From positions 1,376,001 to 1,440,000 of the forward strand of contig OZ250153.1 in assembly GCA_965237805.1 (NCBI GenBank): a stretch of 64,000 bases of DNA, read 5' to 3'. Positions 30,076-40,145 of this stretch are shown piece after piece. This DNA is from Gammaproteobacteria bacterium (GTDB taxonomy: Bacteria; Pseudomonadota; Gammaproteobacteria; JABABF01). The position numbers and the translations under genes are program-made. Under the pieces are notes generated by a model. It saw nothing but the letters and a program-made list of their open reading frames with translations. It ran no database searches and was not told where the DNA came from. Positions within the stretch are counted from its first letter, which is position 1; each line of letters starts with the position of its first letter.

Positions 30076-30135
30076 CTGTTGATTCTCATCGCACTATGAA
30101 GGGTCGCACAGCATAAATCGCGTGGCGATTAACCC

Positions 30136-31173
30136 ATGACCCTGCGCCTCACCCTCTGGGCGCTGCCGCTGGCGCTGGCGACCATTGCGCTCGGTGCTTT
30201 CACGCGGCTGGCCGACGCTGGCCTCGGCTGCCCCGACTGGCCGGGTTGCTACGGCCACCTGCTGTGGCCTGACAGCGGTGCGGAGATCGCGCGCGCCAAC
30301 CAAGCTTGGCCCGAAGCGCCAGTGGATATCGCCAAGGCCTGGCCGGAGATGGTGCACCGCTACGCCGCTGGCCTGCTCGGTCTGATGGTCTTGGCCATCG
30401 CACTCAGCTGCCGGGGTGCTGTGCGCACTGCGGCGGCGCAGCCCCGGGGGCTGGCCCTCGGTCTCTTGGTGTTGGTGGGTTGCCAAGCGTTGTTCGGCAT
30501 GTGGACGGTGACGCTCAAGCTGTGGCCGCAGGTGGTGGCGCTACACCTGCTGGGCGGCTTCGCCACCTTGGCCTTGCTCGCACTGCTGGCGCTGCGCTGC
30601 GACCACGCTGCTGGTGGCGAGCTGTTCTGGCTGCGGCTCCTGCCGTCGCCGGGGGGTGCGCCGCTGGCACCACTACTGCCGTGGGCGCTCGCCGCCATGG
30701 TCTTGTTGGTGTTGCAGATTGCCCTCGGCGGCTGGACCACCGCCAACTACGCCGCACTGGCCTGTCCCGACCTGCCCAGCTGTCAAGGGCGCTGGTGGCC
30801 GCCCGCCGACTTCGCCGCCGGTTTCAATTTGGCGCAGTCGGTGGGGCCGAACTACTTGGGCGGCGTGCTGGACAATCCCGCGCGCATCGCCATCCACCTG
30901 GCGCACCGTATCGGTGCTGTCCTCTCCTCGCTCTATCTCGGTGGCTTGGCTTGGGCGTTGTGGCGGCGCGGGGCGCGCACCATGGCCGTGCTGTTGGGCA
31001 GCTTGCTGGGGGCACAGTTCGCCCTCGGTTTGGGCAATGTGCTGCTGGGCTTCCCGCTGTGGGTCGCCGTCGCCCACAACTTGGGTGGTGCACTGCTGCT
31101 GGTGGCGCTGCTGGCAGTCAACTACACACTGTGGACGGTGGCGCGAGGCACCCGCATGGCGAGTGTGCATTGA
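30136..31173 (+). CDS. ctaA: Heme A synthase COX15/CtaA
   Basis: AGLGCPDWPGCYG, EMVHRY, HLLGG, HRIGA, HNLG. Confidence 0.92.
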   Translation: MTLRLTLWALPLALATIALGAFTRLADAGLGCPDWPGCYGHLLWPDSGAEIARANQAWPEAPVDIAKAWPEMVHRYAAGLLGLMVLAIALSCRGAVRTAAAQPRGLALGLLVLVGCQALFGMWTVTLKLWPQVVALHLLGGFATLALLALLALRCDHAAGGELFWLRLLPSPGGAPLAPLLPWALAAMVLLVLQIALGGWTTANYAALACPDLPSCQGRWWPPADFAAGFNLAQSVGPNYLGGVLDNPARIAIHLAHRIGAVLSSLYLGGLAWALWRRGARTMAVLLGSLLGAQFALGLGNVLLGFPLWVAVAHNLGGALLLVALLAVNYTLWTVARGTRMASVH

Positions 31174-31380
31174 GTGGCGTGTCGCCAGTGTTCGTTGCGC
31201 TCTGCGGCCAGCTGTTCGGGCTTGCCAGCGCGTCATTAGCTGGCGTCGCCACCACGGGCGTTGTGTGGGGCGGGTGCTGCTGCCATCGCGGTTCCGCGTC
31301 GTGCTATGATGCCAACGCTTCGGTCGGTGCCTTCGCCCGATGGCTCCCAGCCGATGATTGCTAGGCGAGAAAGCCGCTCG

Positions 31381-33231
31381 ATGTCTACTGCCGCGCCGGT
31401 TCCAAACGCGCTTCCCCCCGCTGTGACAGATCCCGCCCAGCAGCTGCTCACCGAGGTCTTCGGTCACAGCGGATTCCGCTCTTACCAACGCGAGATCATC
31501 GATGTGGTGATGGCCGGGGGCGACGCGCTGGTGGTCATGCCCACTGGCGGCGGCAAATCGCTGTGCTTTCAACTGCCCGCCCTGTTGCGCGCTGGCTGCG
31601 CCATCGTCGTCTCGCCGCTGGTGGCGTTGATGGAAGATCAAGTCGGTGCCCTGCGTCAGTTTGGTATCAACGCTGCCTGCCTGCACTCGGGTCTTGAGCT
31701 GGCAGATCGCCGCCGCATCGAAAGCGATTTCGTGGCCGGGGGCTTGGACTTGCTCTATGTCGCACCAGAGCGCCTGCTCGGCACCAATTGTTTGGCGCTG
31801 CTGGAGCGCACCGAATTGGCGTTGATCGCCATCGACGAGGCGCATTGCGTGTCGCGCTGGGGGCACGACTTCCGCCCGGAGTACTTGGAGTTGGCGATGT
31901 TGCGAGAGCGCTTTCCCGGCGTGCCCTGCATCGCCTTGACAGCCACCGCTGACTTGCGCTCCCGCGATGAGATTGCCGATGCGCTGGCGCTGCAATCCCC
32001 GCAGCGCTTCGTCGCTGGCTTCGACCGTCCAAATTTGCACTATGCCATCCACGAGGATGCCGGGCGCGAAGCGCTGTGGCGCTTCATCTCCGAACGCCAT
32101 CCAGACAGCGCTGGCATCGTCTACTGCGCGACGCGGAGCAAGGTCGAGCAAACCGCTGAATGGTTGACGGCACGCGGTCGCCAAGCCCTGCCGTACCACG
32201 CCGGTATGGAGCCGATGTCGCGCCGCGAGCACCAGCGCATATTCCAGCGCGAGGCCAGCGCGCTCATCGTCGCCACCATCGCTTTTGGCATGGGGGTCGA
32301 CAAGCCCGATGTTCGTTTTGTCGCCCACCTCGGCCTGCCGCGCAGTATTGAGGCCTATTACCAAGAAACCGGTCGTGCTGGCCGAGATGGCGAGCCAGCC
32401 GATGCGTGGCTCAGCTATGGCCTGCGCGAGGTCTTGCTGTTTAGGCAGTGGATCGAAGAGTCCACCATGGCTGACGAACGCAAGCGCATCGAGCGGCAGA
32501 AGCTGGAGGCGATGCTCGGCCTGTGCGAGTCGGGGCAGTGCCGGCGGCGCCGCTTGCTGGCCTATTTTGGCGATGAGCAGACGGGGGATTGTGGCAATTG
32601 CGACAATTGCGTCAATCCTCCGGAGTTGATCGACGGCACCGAGCTGGCGCAGAAGGCGTTGTCCTGTGTCTACCGCACTGGCCAGCGCTTTGGTGTCAAC
32701 TATCTCATTGATGTGCTGCGCGGTAGTGGCGGCGAGCGCCTACGTCGTTTCGGCCACCATCGCCTGCCCACTTTCGGCATCGGCAGCGAGGTTTCGGTGG
32801 CGGAATGGCGCTCGATTTACCGTCAGTTGCTGGCATCTGGCCTCGCTGCCGTCGAAGGCAAGCACGGGGGGCTGCGACTGGCACCGGCCAGTCATACCTT
32901 GCTGCGCGGCGAGTGCAGCTTGCAGCTGCGCCGCCCGCGCCCGGCGCGCCCGGCGCGCCCAGCGGCGGCTTCCCGCGCTGCGTTCGCGCCGAGCGAGCCG
33001 CTGGACCCGGTTCGCCAAGCGGATTTCGAGCGTCTGCGTGTGCGGCGTTTGGCGTTGTCCCATGAGCAGGGGGTACCGCCCTATGTCATTTTCCACGACA
33101 GCACATTGATCGAAATAGTCAAACAGCGACCGGGTAGCTTGGCAGAGATGGAGGCCATTCCCGGCATCGGCAAGACAAAATTAGCGCGTTATGGCGAGAT
33201 TTTCTTAGCGGCGCTGGCGGCGGAGGATTGA
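31381..33231 (+). CDS. recQ: ATP-dependent DNA helicase RecQ
   Basis: MPTGGGKS, DEAHC, WGHDFRPEY, QETGRAGRDG, RQC and HRDC domains. Confidence 0.96.
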   Translation: MSTAAPVPNALPPAVTDPAQQLLTEVFGHSGFRSYQREIIDVVMAGGDALVVMPTGGGKSLCFQLPALLRAGCAIVVSPLVALMEDQVGALRQFGINAACLHSGLELADRRRIESDFVAGGLDLLYVAPERLLGTNCLALLERTELALIAIDEAHCVSRWGHDFRPEYLELAMLRERFPGVPCIALTATADLRSRDEIADALALQSPQRFVAGFDRPNLHYAIHEDAGREALWRFISERHPDSAGIVYCATRSKVEQTAEWLTARGRQALPYHAGMEPMSRREHQRIFQREASALIVATIAFGMGVDKPDVRFVAHLGLPRSIEAYYQETGRAGRDGEPADAWLSYGLREVLLFRQWIEESTMADERKRIERQKLEAMLGLCESGQCRRRRLLAYFGDEQTGDCGNCDNCVNPPELIDGTELAQKALSCVYRTGQRFGVNYLIDVLRGSGGERLRRFGHHRLPTFGIGSEVSVAEWRSIYRQLLASGLAAVEGKHGGLRLAPASHTLLRGECSLQLRRPRPARPARPAAASRAAFAPSEPLDPVRQADFERLRVRRLALSHEQGVPPYVIFHDSTLIEIVKQRPGSLAEMEAIPGIGKTKLARYGEIFLAALAAED

Positions 33232-33346
33232 GCCAGCGCCGCATACTCTGCGGCTCCCCCTTCGCTATAATGGTGTATTGGGCTGTTACGAGCTGTCTCT
33301 TTGGGGTCGTCCGCGCTCTGCGTGGCATCGAACAACATTGAGCCAC

Positions 33347-34369
33347 ATGTCAAAAACCAAGATAAAGATCGCGATTGTCGATCATGCGATACTGGATCAA
33401 AGCCAGTTTGGAGCCCCTGAGTGGCTGGTCCCCTTGGGTGAAAAATATGGTGTGGAGTGGTTCAGCGAAGACCCGGATCTGTTGCTGTGTTCGGTCGAGC
33501 TCTTCGGCTACGCCCACTTGAATTATTCCTGCACCAAGTGCCTGTTCAGCGAGGAACCGTCGCATCGATATCCCCGTTGGTGCTACGACTATACTTTTAC
33601 TCCTTTCCCTACCGATGCGCGCAATTTACGCTGGTTGGGATGGGCGTCTAGGAGCCCGGCAACAGAGTGGATCCTTGGCCAATCCGAATACTGCGATAGT
33701 TTGAAACGCCATCCCCGAGAGCGCTTTTGCAACTTCTTTCAGCGTGTACACAACGCCCCGGAGCGCAACGAGTTTTGCCGGCTGCTGATGCAGCGCAAAC
33801 ACGTGGATTGCCCCGGCGAGGCTATGAACAATATGCCCTGTCCGGATGACCCGGCCCTGAACCGTGATCAAAACAAACTGGAATTTCTCAAACACTACCG
33901 CTTTAGCATTTGCTTCGAGCATCTGAGCCATCCTCATCACATCAGCGAGCTGGTGCCGCAGGCTTTGATGGCCGGCAGTATTCCGATTCACTGGGGCAGT
34001 ACCAAGATCACCGATTACTTCAATCCCGAGTGCCTGATCAATGCCCACGACTTCGACAGTTTGGAGGCGCTCGCAGATTATGTTATGGAGGTGGAAGAGA
34101 ACCCGGCGCTCTATCGCAGATACCTTGAGGCACCGCCGGTGTTGGCGGGGTCGAAGCTGGAGGAGGTGACGGTGGCGGCGACGCTGGAGCGCATGGAGCA
34201 CATCTTCTCACGCCTCGGCATCGACCGGCCTTTCGCGCAGACATGGCGCGGCCGTTTCATGCTGGCTTATCACAGATTTCACCAGTTGCCGAGTCGCTGG
34301 TTGGCTCGGGTACCGTGGGGGGGGGGCAAGGTGCGGGGATGGCTTTGGCTGGCGGAGCGACTGCGCTGA
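33347..34369 (+). CDS. Glycosyltransferase family 10 (alpha-1,3-fucosyltransferase-like)
   Basis: FCNF, R..F...L, K.EFL..YRFSICFE, AGSIPIHWG, FNP...IN. Confidence 0.75.
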   Translation: MSKTKIKIAIVDHAILDQSQFGAPEWLVPLGEKYGVEWFSEDPDLLLCSVELFGYAHLNYSCTKCLFSEEPSHRYPRWCYDYTFTPFPTDARNLRWLGWASRSPATEWILGQSEYCDSLKRHPRERFCNFFQRVHNAPERNEFCRLLMQRKHVDCPGEAMNNMPCPDDPALNRDQNKLEFLKHYRFSICFEHLSHPHHISELVPQALMAGSIPIHWGSTKITDYFNPECLINAHDFDSLEALADYVMEVEENPALYRRYLEAPPVLAGSKLEEVTVAATLERMEHIFSRLGIDRPFAQTWRGRFMLAYHRFHQLPSRWLARVPWGGGKVRGWLWLAERLR

Positions 34370-34477
34370 TCGTTGCGGCCTCCGCCCACAGTCGTCTGCA
34401 ATAGGTCGTGCGGCTACCGCCGGGGACGCGCTCGGTGCGCGTCTGGCGTTGCGGCTTGTCGGTGCCCGGTTATATGC

Positions 34478-36022
34478 TCAGGATAGCCACCGACCAATCG
34501 GCGTTTTGCGCCACAGGAACTCTGAGAATTTGCGCATACCATCGGCTCGTTCGCTGGTGCGCGGGTAGGCACTCTGCAGCGGTTTGTTCGGGCTCTTGTC
34601 GAAGATTATCGGTTTCAGCTGGGTGTAGCTGCGCAGTCCGATCGCGCCGTTAACCATGCCCATGCCGCTGCTCTTGACCCCCCCGAAGGGAGCGACCGGA
34701 ATGCCGTAGGTCAGCGTCATATCATTGACGCAGACACTGCCAGTCTGCATGCGTTTGGCCAAGTCGAGCGCGTGCGCGTCATCGCTGGTCCACACGGTGC
34801 CGCTGAGCCCGTAATCGGAGTCGTTGGCCAGTTGTATCGCTTCTTGCTCGTCGCGCACTTTCATCACGCAGAGAATCGGGCCGAAAGTCTCCTGTTGCAT
34901 GATTTCCATATCGTGGTTGACATCGACCATCAGTGTGGGCAGGTAGTAGAGCCCTTTTTGCGCTTCATTGCGCTTGCCGCCGACCAGCACTTTGGCACCA
35001 GCTTCGACCGCTGTGTCGACATGGCGCTCGATGATGTCCATCTGCTTGTCCCAGAACACAGCACCGACATCTTCGTCGTATCCCAGTGCCGGATCTTGGC
35101 GCAGCTTCTCCACCTCGACCGTGACCAGCTCGAGGAAGCGTTCGTAGATGCTCTCGACGACATAGATGCGCTCGGTGCCACAACAGTAGTGCCCGGTGTT
35201 CATGCAAGAGCCGACCACGGCACCTTGGGCGGCGCGCTCTAGGTTGGCATCGGCGCAGACGATCATCGCATCCTTACCGCCCAGCTCCAAGGTGCAGGGC
35301 ACTAGGCGACCGCCGCAGATGGCACCGATTTTCTTGCCGGTCGCCACCGAGCCGGTGAAAGAGATTTTGTCGATGTCGGCATCGACCAAGTGGGCACCGG
35401 TCACGCCGTCGCCGAGTAGCACTTGGAAGACATCCTGCGGCAAGCCGGCTTCGAGAAACAGCGTCTCGACCAACTTGGCGGATTGTGGGGTGACCTCAGA
35501 GCCCTTGGCGACCACGGTGTTGCCAGCCATCAGCGCTTGGCAGCCTTGGTTCAAGGTGAGGATGAAGGGGCCGTTCCATGGGGTGATGAGGCCGATCACG
35601 CCGAGTGGTTGGAACTCCCAGCGCACACTCTTGGCAAAGCGCATCAAACCGTGAGGGCGGTGTTTCTGTGGGCGCAACAGGCGTGCGGCATTTTTGGCGT
35701 AGTAGCACAGCGAGTCGCAGGATGAGAACACCTCCATCATGTAGGCATCCGAGCGCGCCTTGCCAGTTTCGCTGACCACTTGGTCCATGATTTGATCCTG
35801 CTTGTCGAGTATGACCTCAAGCATGCGATCCATATAGTTGGCGCGTTCGCGAAAGCTCAGTGCAGCCCAGCTCGGTTGTGCGGTGCGTGCACGTTGCACG
35901 GCGGCATCGACTTCGTCTTTGGAGGCGCAGGGTATTTCGCTGATCACCGCGGTGGTGACCGGACTGCGCAGCCTCAGTAGCCGCGTGTCTGGGGCGCTCT
36001 CGTCGAGCTCAAACATTGCCAT
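34478..36022 (-). CDS. Aldehyde dehydrogenase family protein
   Basis: ITPWN, FTGS..TG, LELGGKD, catalytic Cys region GHYCCG, ETFGP, PFGGVK.SG. Confidence 0.93.
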   Translation of the reverse strand: MAMFELDESAPDTRLLRLRSPVTTAVISEIPCASKDEVDAAVQRARTAQPSWAALSFRERANYMDRMLEVILDKQDQIMDQVVSETGKARSDAYMMEVFSSCDSLCYYAKNAARLLRPQKHRPHGLMRFAKSVRWEFQPLGVIGLITPWNGPFILTLNQGCQALMAGNTVVAKGSEVTPQSAKLVETLFLEAGLPQDVFQVLLGDGVTGAHLVDADIDKISFTGSVATGKKIGAICGGRLVPCTLELGGKDAMIVCADANLERAAQGAVVGSCMNTGHYCCGTERIYVVESIYERFLELVTVEVEKLRQDPALGYDEDVGAVFWDKQMDIIERHVDTAVEAGAKVLVGGKRNEAQKGLYYLPTLMVDVNHDMEIMQQETFGPILCVMKVRDEQEAIQLANDSDYGLSGTVWTSDDAHALDLAKRMQTGSVCVNDMTLTYGIPVAPFGGVKSSGMGMVNGAIGLRSYTQLKPIIFDKSPNKPLQSAYPRTSERADGMRKFSEFLWRKTPIGRWLS

Positions 36023-36274
36023 GGTCAGATTCTCTATCGTGTTTTGTTGGCGGGTGGCATTGCGGTGCACCTGCCCAGCTATCCGTTGCGATTGCAACGC
36101 CCTCAATGTGTCCACATTATAGGATACTGCTACTGGGGGGTATAGCTCTGCTGTAGCGGCTCCATCCTCGCACCGATAGCGGGCTAGAATATCGCCTGTT
36201 GGTGCGATCTTTGGGCAGCTGGATCTTGCAGGGACTCCGGTTAAGGAGTAGCTGGGTAGCGGAGCTAGTAAATT

Positions 36275-37579
36275 ATGGTATGGGAGTTTTCAACTGACCC
36301 TGCATTCCAGCAACAGCTGGATTGGATACGGCGCTTTGTCGACGAGGAGCTCATCCCGCTGGAGTTGATCTCTGGCGACTTGGATCAGCCCCAGCTGGAT
36401 GCTTTGCTGGCACCGTTCAAGGAGCGGGTCAAGGCGGCTAATCTGTGGGCGGCTCACCTGCCGCCAGAACACGGCGGCCAAGGTATGGGGCAGTTGCCGT
36501 TGGCACTGATACATGAGGTGTTGGGGCGCACGATGCTGGCTCCAGAGGTGTTCGGCAATCAGGCACCGGATTCGGGCAATGCCGAGCTGCTGGCGGCCGG
36601 TGCCAATGAGGAGCAGAAAAAACGCTGGCTGTACCCATTGCTGGCCGGTGAGATGCGCAGTGCTTTTAGTCTGACCGAGCCCGACACGGCTGGCTCCGAC
36701 CCAACCGGCATTCGCACCAGCTGCAAGCGGGATGGCGCTAGCTGGTGCCTCAATGGCCACAAATGGTTTGCTTCCAATGCCAGTGTGGCTGATTTTTTGC
36801 TGGTGATGGCGGTGACCGACCCCGATGCGCCGCCGCACAAGCGTGCGGCGATGGTGGTTGTGCCTCGGGGTACGCCGGGTCTAATCTTGATGCGCGAGGT
36901 CGGCACGATGGCGCATGCCAGCAAGGACGGTGCTTTGATGCGGCGCATCGGCGGGCACACCGAGCTGCGCTTCGAGAACTGCCGGGTGCCTTTGGATCAT
37001 ATGATCGGTGCGCCCGGCGAAGGCTTTTTGCTGGCACAACGCCGTCTCAGCGGTGGCCGCATCCATCACGGCATGCGCATGATCGGGCAGTGTCAACGTG
37101 CCTATGAGATGCTGCTTGAGCGCGCTGCCTCGCGCCAGCTGCGCGGACGCGCACTGGGCGACATGCAGCGGGTGCAGGATATGGTGGCCGATTCCTATAG
37201 CGAGATCACGATGGCGCGTCTGCTGACCCTGCACACTGCATGGCGCGTGGATCGTATCGACCCGCGCGAGGCGCGCGTCGATATCGCGATGGTGAAATAC
37301 CAAGTGCCGCGCGTGTTGTACCAAGTATTGGATCGGGCGATCCAGTTGCACGGTGCGCTCGGCTATTCGACCGATATGCCGCTTGAGGAAATGTACCGCC
37401 AAGCGCGTGCCCTGCGCATCGCCGACGGTGCCGATGAAGTGCATCGACAGACCATCGCCCGCCATGTATTGCGGGATGTCGAGCCGGTGACGGACTATCC
37501 CTCAGAGCATATTCCGACGCGGCGCGCCGCGGCGATGGCGCGTTTTGGCGATTTGCTGGACAGCCTGCCGGAAGCATGA
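36275..37579 (+). CDS. Acyl-CoA dehydrogenase (ACAD10/11-like)
   Basis: APDSGNAE, SLTEP..AGSDP, NGHKWF, GRIHH.MR, RIADGADEVH. Confidence 0.9.
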   Translation: MVWEFSTDPAFQQQLDWIRRFVDEELIPLELISGDLDQPQLDALLAPFKERVKAANLWAAHLPPEHGGQGMGQLPLALIHEVLGRTMLAPEVFGNQAPDSGNAELLAAGANEEQKKRWLYPLLAGEMRSAFSLTEPDTAGSDPTGIRTSCKRDGASWCLNGHKWFASNASVADFLLVMAVTDPDAPPHKRAAMVVVPRGTPGLILMREVGTMAHASKDGALMRRIGGHTELRFENCRVPLDHMIGAPGEGFLLAQRRLSGGRIHHGMRMIGQCQRAYEMLLERAASRQLRGRALGDMQRVQDMVADSYSEITMARLLTLHTAWRVDRIDPREARVDIAMVKYQVPRVLYQVLDRAIQLHGALGYSTDMPLEEMYRQARALRIADGADEVHRQTIARHVLRDVEPVTDYPSEHIPTRRAAAMARFGDLLDSLPEA

Positions 37580-37595
37580 TGGGTAGCGGAGTGCA

Positions 37596-38651
37596 GTGAT
37601 CGGGACGGCTGGGGCATTGCGGGGCATCGAGCTCGCGCCTCTCTCTGAGTGGCTTGAGGCCAATGTCGACGGTGCCCAGCCGCCTTTCGAGTTTGATTTG
37701 GCCGCTGCCGGTGGCTCTAACCTCAGCTATGTGCTGGGCGATGCCGCTGGCCACCGCTGGGTGTTGCGGCGAGGCCCGGTTGCGGCACGTTTGGCCACTG
37801 CCCACGATATGTCGCGCGAGTGGCGCGTTATCAGTGCCCTCGCCGGGGTGGATGGCGTACCAGTGCCCACCGCAGTGGCTTTTTGCGACGATGCCGAGGT
37901 CACCGGAGCCTCTTTCTATGTCATGGAGTGTGTCGACGGCCTGATATTGCGCGACTTGCCAGCTGTCGAGGCCTCAGCTTTGGATGCTGCCGCCTGTCAA
38001 CTGGCCAGTGATTCGCTGATTGATGTGCAGGTGGCGCTACATCGCGTGAACCCCGCCAGCGTTGGTCTCGCCGATTTTGGTCGCGAGGGGGATTATGTTG
38101 AACGCCAACTGCATCGTTGGCAGCGGCAGGTGAGTCGGTCTACCGATTCGCCACCGCCGCTGTTGGCTGAATTGGGTGCACGTCTCGCCGCGCTCAATCC
38201 CGGCCCCCAAGCGCCTCCGGCGCTGGTACACGGCGACTACCGTTTTGACAATGTGGTGCTTGGCACCGACCACCGTTTGGCCGCTGTGTTGGACTGGGAG
38301 TTGTGCACCATAGGCGACCCGGTGGCGGATTTTTTCTGGACTTTGCTGTACTGGTCGGATCCCGGTGATGCCGTGGTGTTCATTCCCAATGGGCCGACTT
38401 TGCACCCCCACTTTGCGCGCCGTGTCGAGATCGTGCGGCGTTACGGCGAGCGCAGTGGTTTCGACCTCAGCGCCGCTACTTATTTCAATGCTTTTGGCTA
38501 TTGGAAAATGGCCTGCATCGTCACGGGTGTCCTCGCCCGCATCAGACACGGTGCGGGGGGTGGCATGCGTGTGGATCAAAGCGGCGATAGTGTCGAACAC
38601 ATGATTGCCAATTATCTCGAGGCCAGTCGGTTACACTTGGCAAAGTTCTGA
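37596..38651 (+). CDS. Phosphotransferase (APH family)
   Basis: GGSNLSY, AHDMSRE, HGDYRFDN, VLDWEL..IGDP. Confidence 0.88.
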   Translation: MIGTAGALRGIELAPLSEWLEANVDGAQPPFEFDLAAAGGSNLSYVLGDAAGHRWVLRRGPVAARLATAHDMSREWRVISALAGVDGVPVPTAVAFCDDAEVTGASFYVMECVDGLILRDLPAVEASALDAAACQLASDSLIDVQVALHRVNPASVGLADFGREGDYVERQLHRWQRQVSRSTDSPPPLLAELGARLAALNPGPQAPPALVHGDYRFDNVVLGTDHRLAAVLDWELCTIGDPVADFFWTLLYWSDPGDAVVFIPNGPTLHPHFARRVEIVRRYGERSGFDLSAATYFNAFGYWKMACIVTGVLARIRHGAGGGMRVDQSGDSVEHMIANYLEASRLHLAKF

Positions 38652-38716
38652 ATGCACACCGTAGTAGCGAAGCTGTGGTGGCGACAGGGACAACGCGATA
38701 CTACAGGAGCACTGTG

Positions 38717-39862
38717 ATGACCATTACCCCGTTTGACGATTACTGTATCCACCAGAGTGATGAGCCATTGGCGGTGCCGTCTCAGAGCGACCGCAATTTC
38801 TACGACCGCTACTGGTTCAGCGGTTTCAACACCGCCAGTTCCGGCGATGGCTCGGATTATTTTTTCGAGATCGGTCTCGGTGCCTACCCGAACCGCTATG
38901 TCATGGATGGCCATTTCAGCGTTGTGGTCGACGGCGTACAGCACAGCGTGCACGCTTCGCGTCGCTGTCCTGAAGATCGTAGCAAGATGGATCTCGGCCC
39001 TTTCCATCTGTCGGTGATAGAGCCTCTGCGCAAGCTGCGCCTGCGCGTCGACAAAAACGAGGGTGGTGTCAGCTGTGATCTGGTGTTCAGTGCGAACTCG
39101 TCACCGCTGGTGGAGGCGAAAAACCTGCTGAGCCGAGATGTGCGCCGCATTATGTACAACAGCCGCTTTACCCAGTTTGGCAATTGGAGTGGCTGGATAG
39201 AGGTCAGCGGCAACCGCATCGAAGTGCGTGCCGATGTCTGCCTCGGCTTGCGCGATAAGTCGTGGGGCGTGCGTCCGGTGGGCGAGCCTGAGGGCGGAGC
39301 GCCGCCAGTGGATCAGCCGGAGCCTCGGGTATATTGGGTTTGGTCGCCGCTCTCTTTCGGTGATATCTGCACTCAATTCGGCACTGCCCAATCTGCTGAC
39401 GGCTACGTGACGCAATTGAGCGGTTGCATTTTGCCGGGTTATGCCGATGCGGCATCCATTCCGGAGACCGGTGATACCGGCCTTCGTGAAATGGACACGG
39501 TGCGCCACCGCATCGTGTGGGAGCCAGGCACCCGCCGTCCGCGATCTGCCGAGTACGATTTTTGTGAAGTCAACGGCGACGAGCACCACATCAGCGTCGA
39601 GGTGACCGGGCGATTTCATATGCACGGCATCGGCTACCAACATCCAGAATGGGGGCATGGTATTTGGCATGGCGAGCTCAAGGTTGACTACGAACAGTGG
39701 AGCTTGGACGAGCTCGATCCACTGCAGATGCACCACATCCATCACCACGCTCGGGTGCGTGCTCGCATGGGCGACAAGGAAGGACACGGCATTTTGGAAA
39801 CTGTGGTGCTGGGCCCTCATGCACCATCCGGTTTCCGAGATTTTCTCGACGGCGCATCTTAA
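38717..39862 (+). CDS. Conserved hypothetical beta-rich protein
   Basis: Long ORF; DDY.IHQ, FYDRYWF, RDKSWGVRP; function not recognised. Confidence 0.7.
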   Translation: MTITPFDDYCIHQSDEPLAVPSQSDRNFYDRYWFSGFNTASSGDGSDYFFEIGLGAYPNRYVMDGHFSVVVDGVQHSVHASRRCPEDRSKMDLGPFHLSVIEPLRKLRLRVDKNEGGVSCDLVFSANSSPLVEAKNLLSRDVRRIMYNSRFTQFGNWSGWIEVSGNRIEVRADVCLGLRDKSWGVRPVGEPEGGAPPVDQPEPRVYWVWSPLSFGDICTQFGTAQSADGYVTQLSGCILPGYADAASIPETGDTGLREMDTVRHRIVWEPGTRRPRSAEYDFCEVNGDEHHISVEVTGRFHMHGIGYQHPEWGHGIWHGELKVDYEQWSLDELDPLQMHHIHHHARVRARMGDKEGHGILETVVLGPHAPSGFRDFLDGAS

Positions 39863-39892
39863 TCGCACACACAAAATCACACCCAACTAAGC

Positions 39893-39911
39893 GCCCCGAG
39901 TTTTCCGGGGC
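39893..39911 (+). terminator. Possible terminator hairpin
   Basis: gccccg-agttttc-cggggc followed by a weakly T-rich tract, 30 nt after the stop codon. Confidence 0.35.
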
Positions 39912-40145
39912 TGTTGCATTGCTTTTGGTACGATTGCTATTGAATGATGGTACTGATACAATGCGAATATTGTGACTGTGGAATTTTCATATTTGAAACG
40001 CATTCTTTATGGTCGCATGACGCAGGCAACAATTTGCATGCGTGAAACCCAAACTCATTGCATCCCTAACATCTCTGCAGAGCAGCGCAAGAGTGGGATG
40101 AAAAATTCAAACGCGCAAAGCGTTTAAACAGGAGGGTCTACTCAA

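Noticed and set aside
30673-32364. Long antisense ORFs (563 aa here; also 13522..14859, 11870..12829 and 62541..63554)
   Set aside because: These are shadow ORFs opposite well-supported genes in GC-rich DNA and have no motifs of their own.
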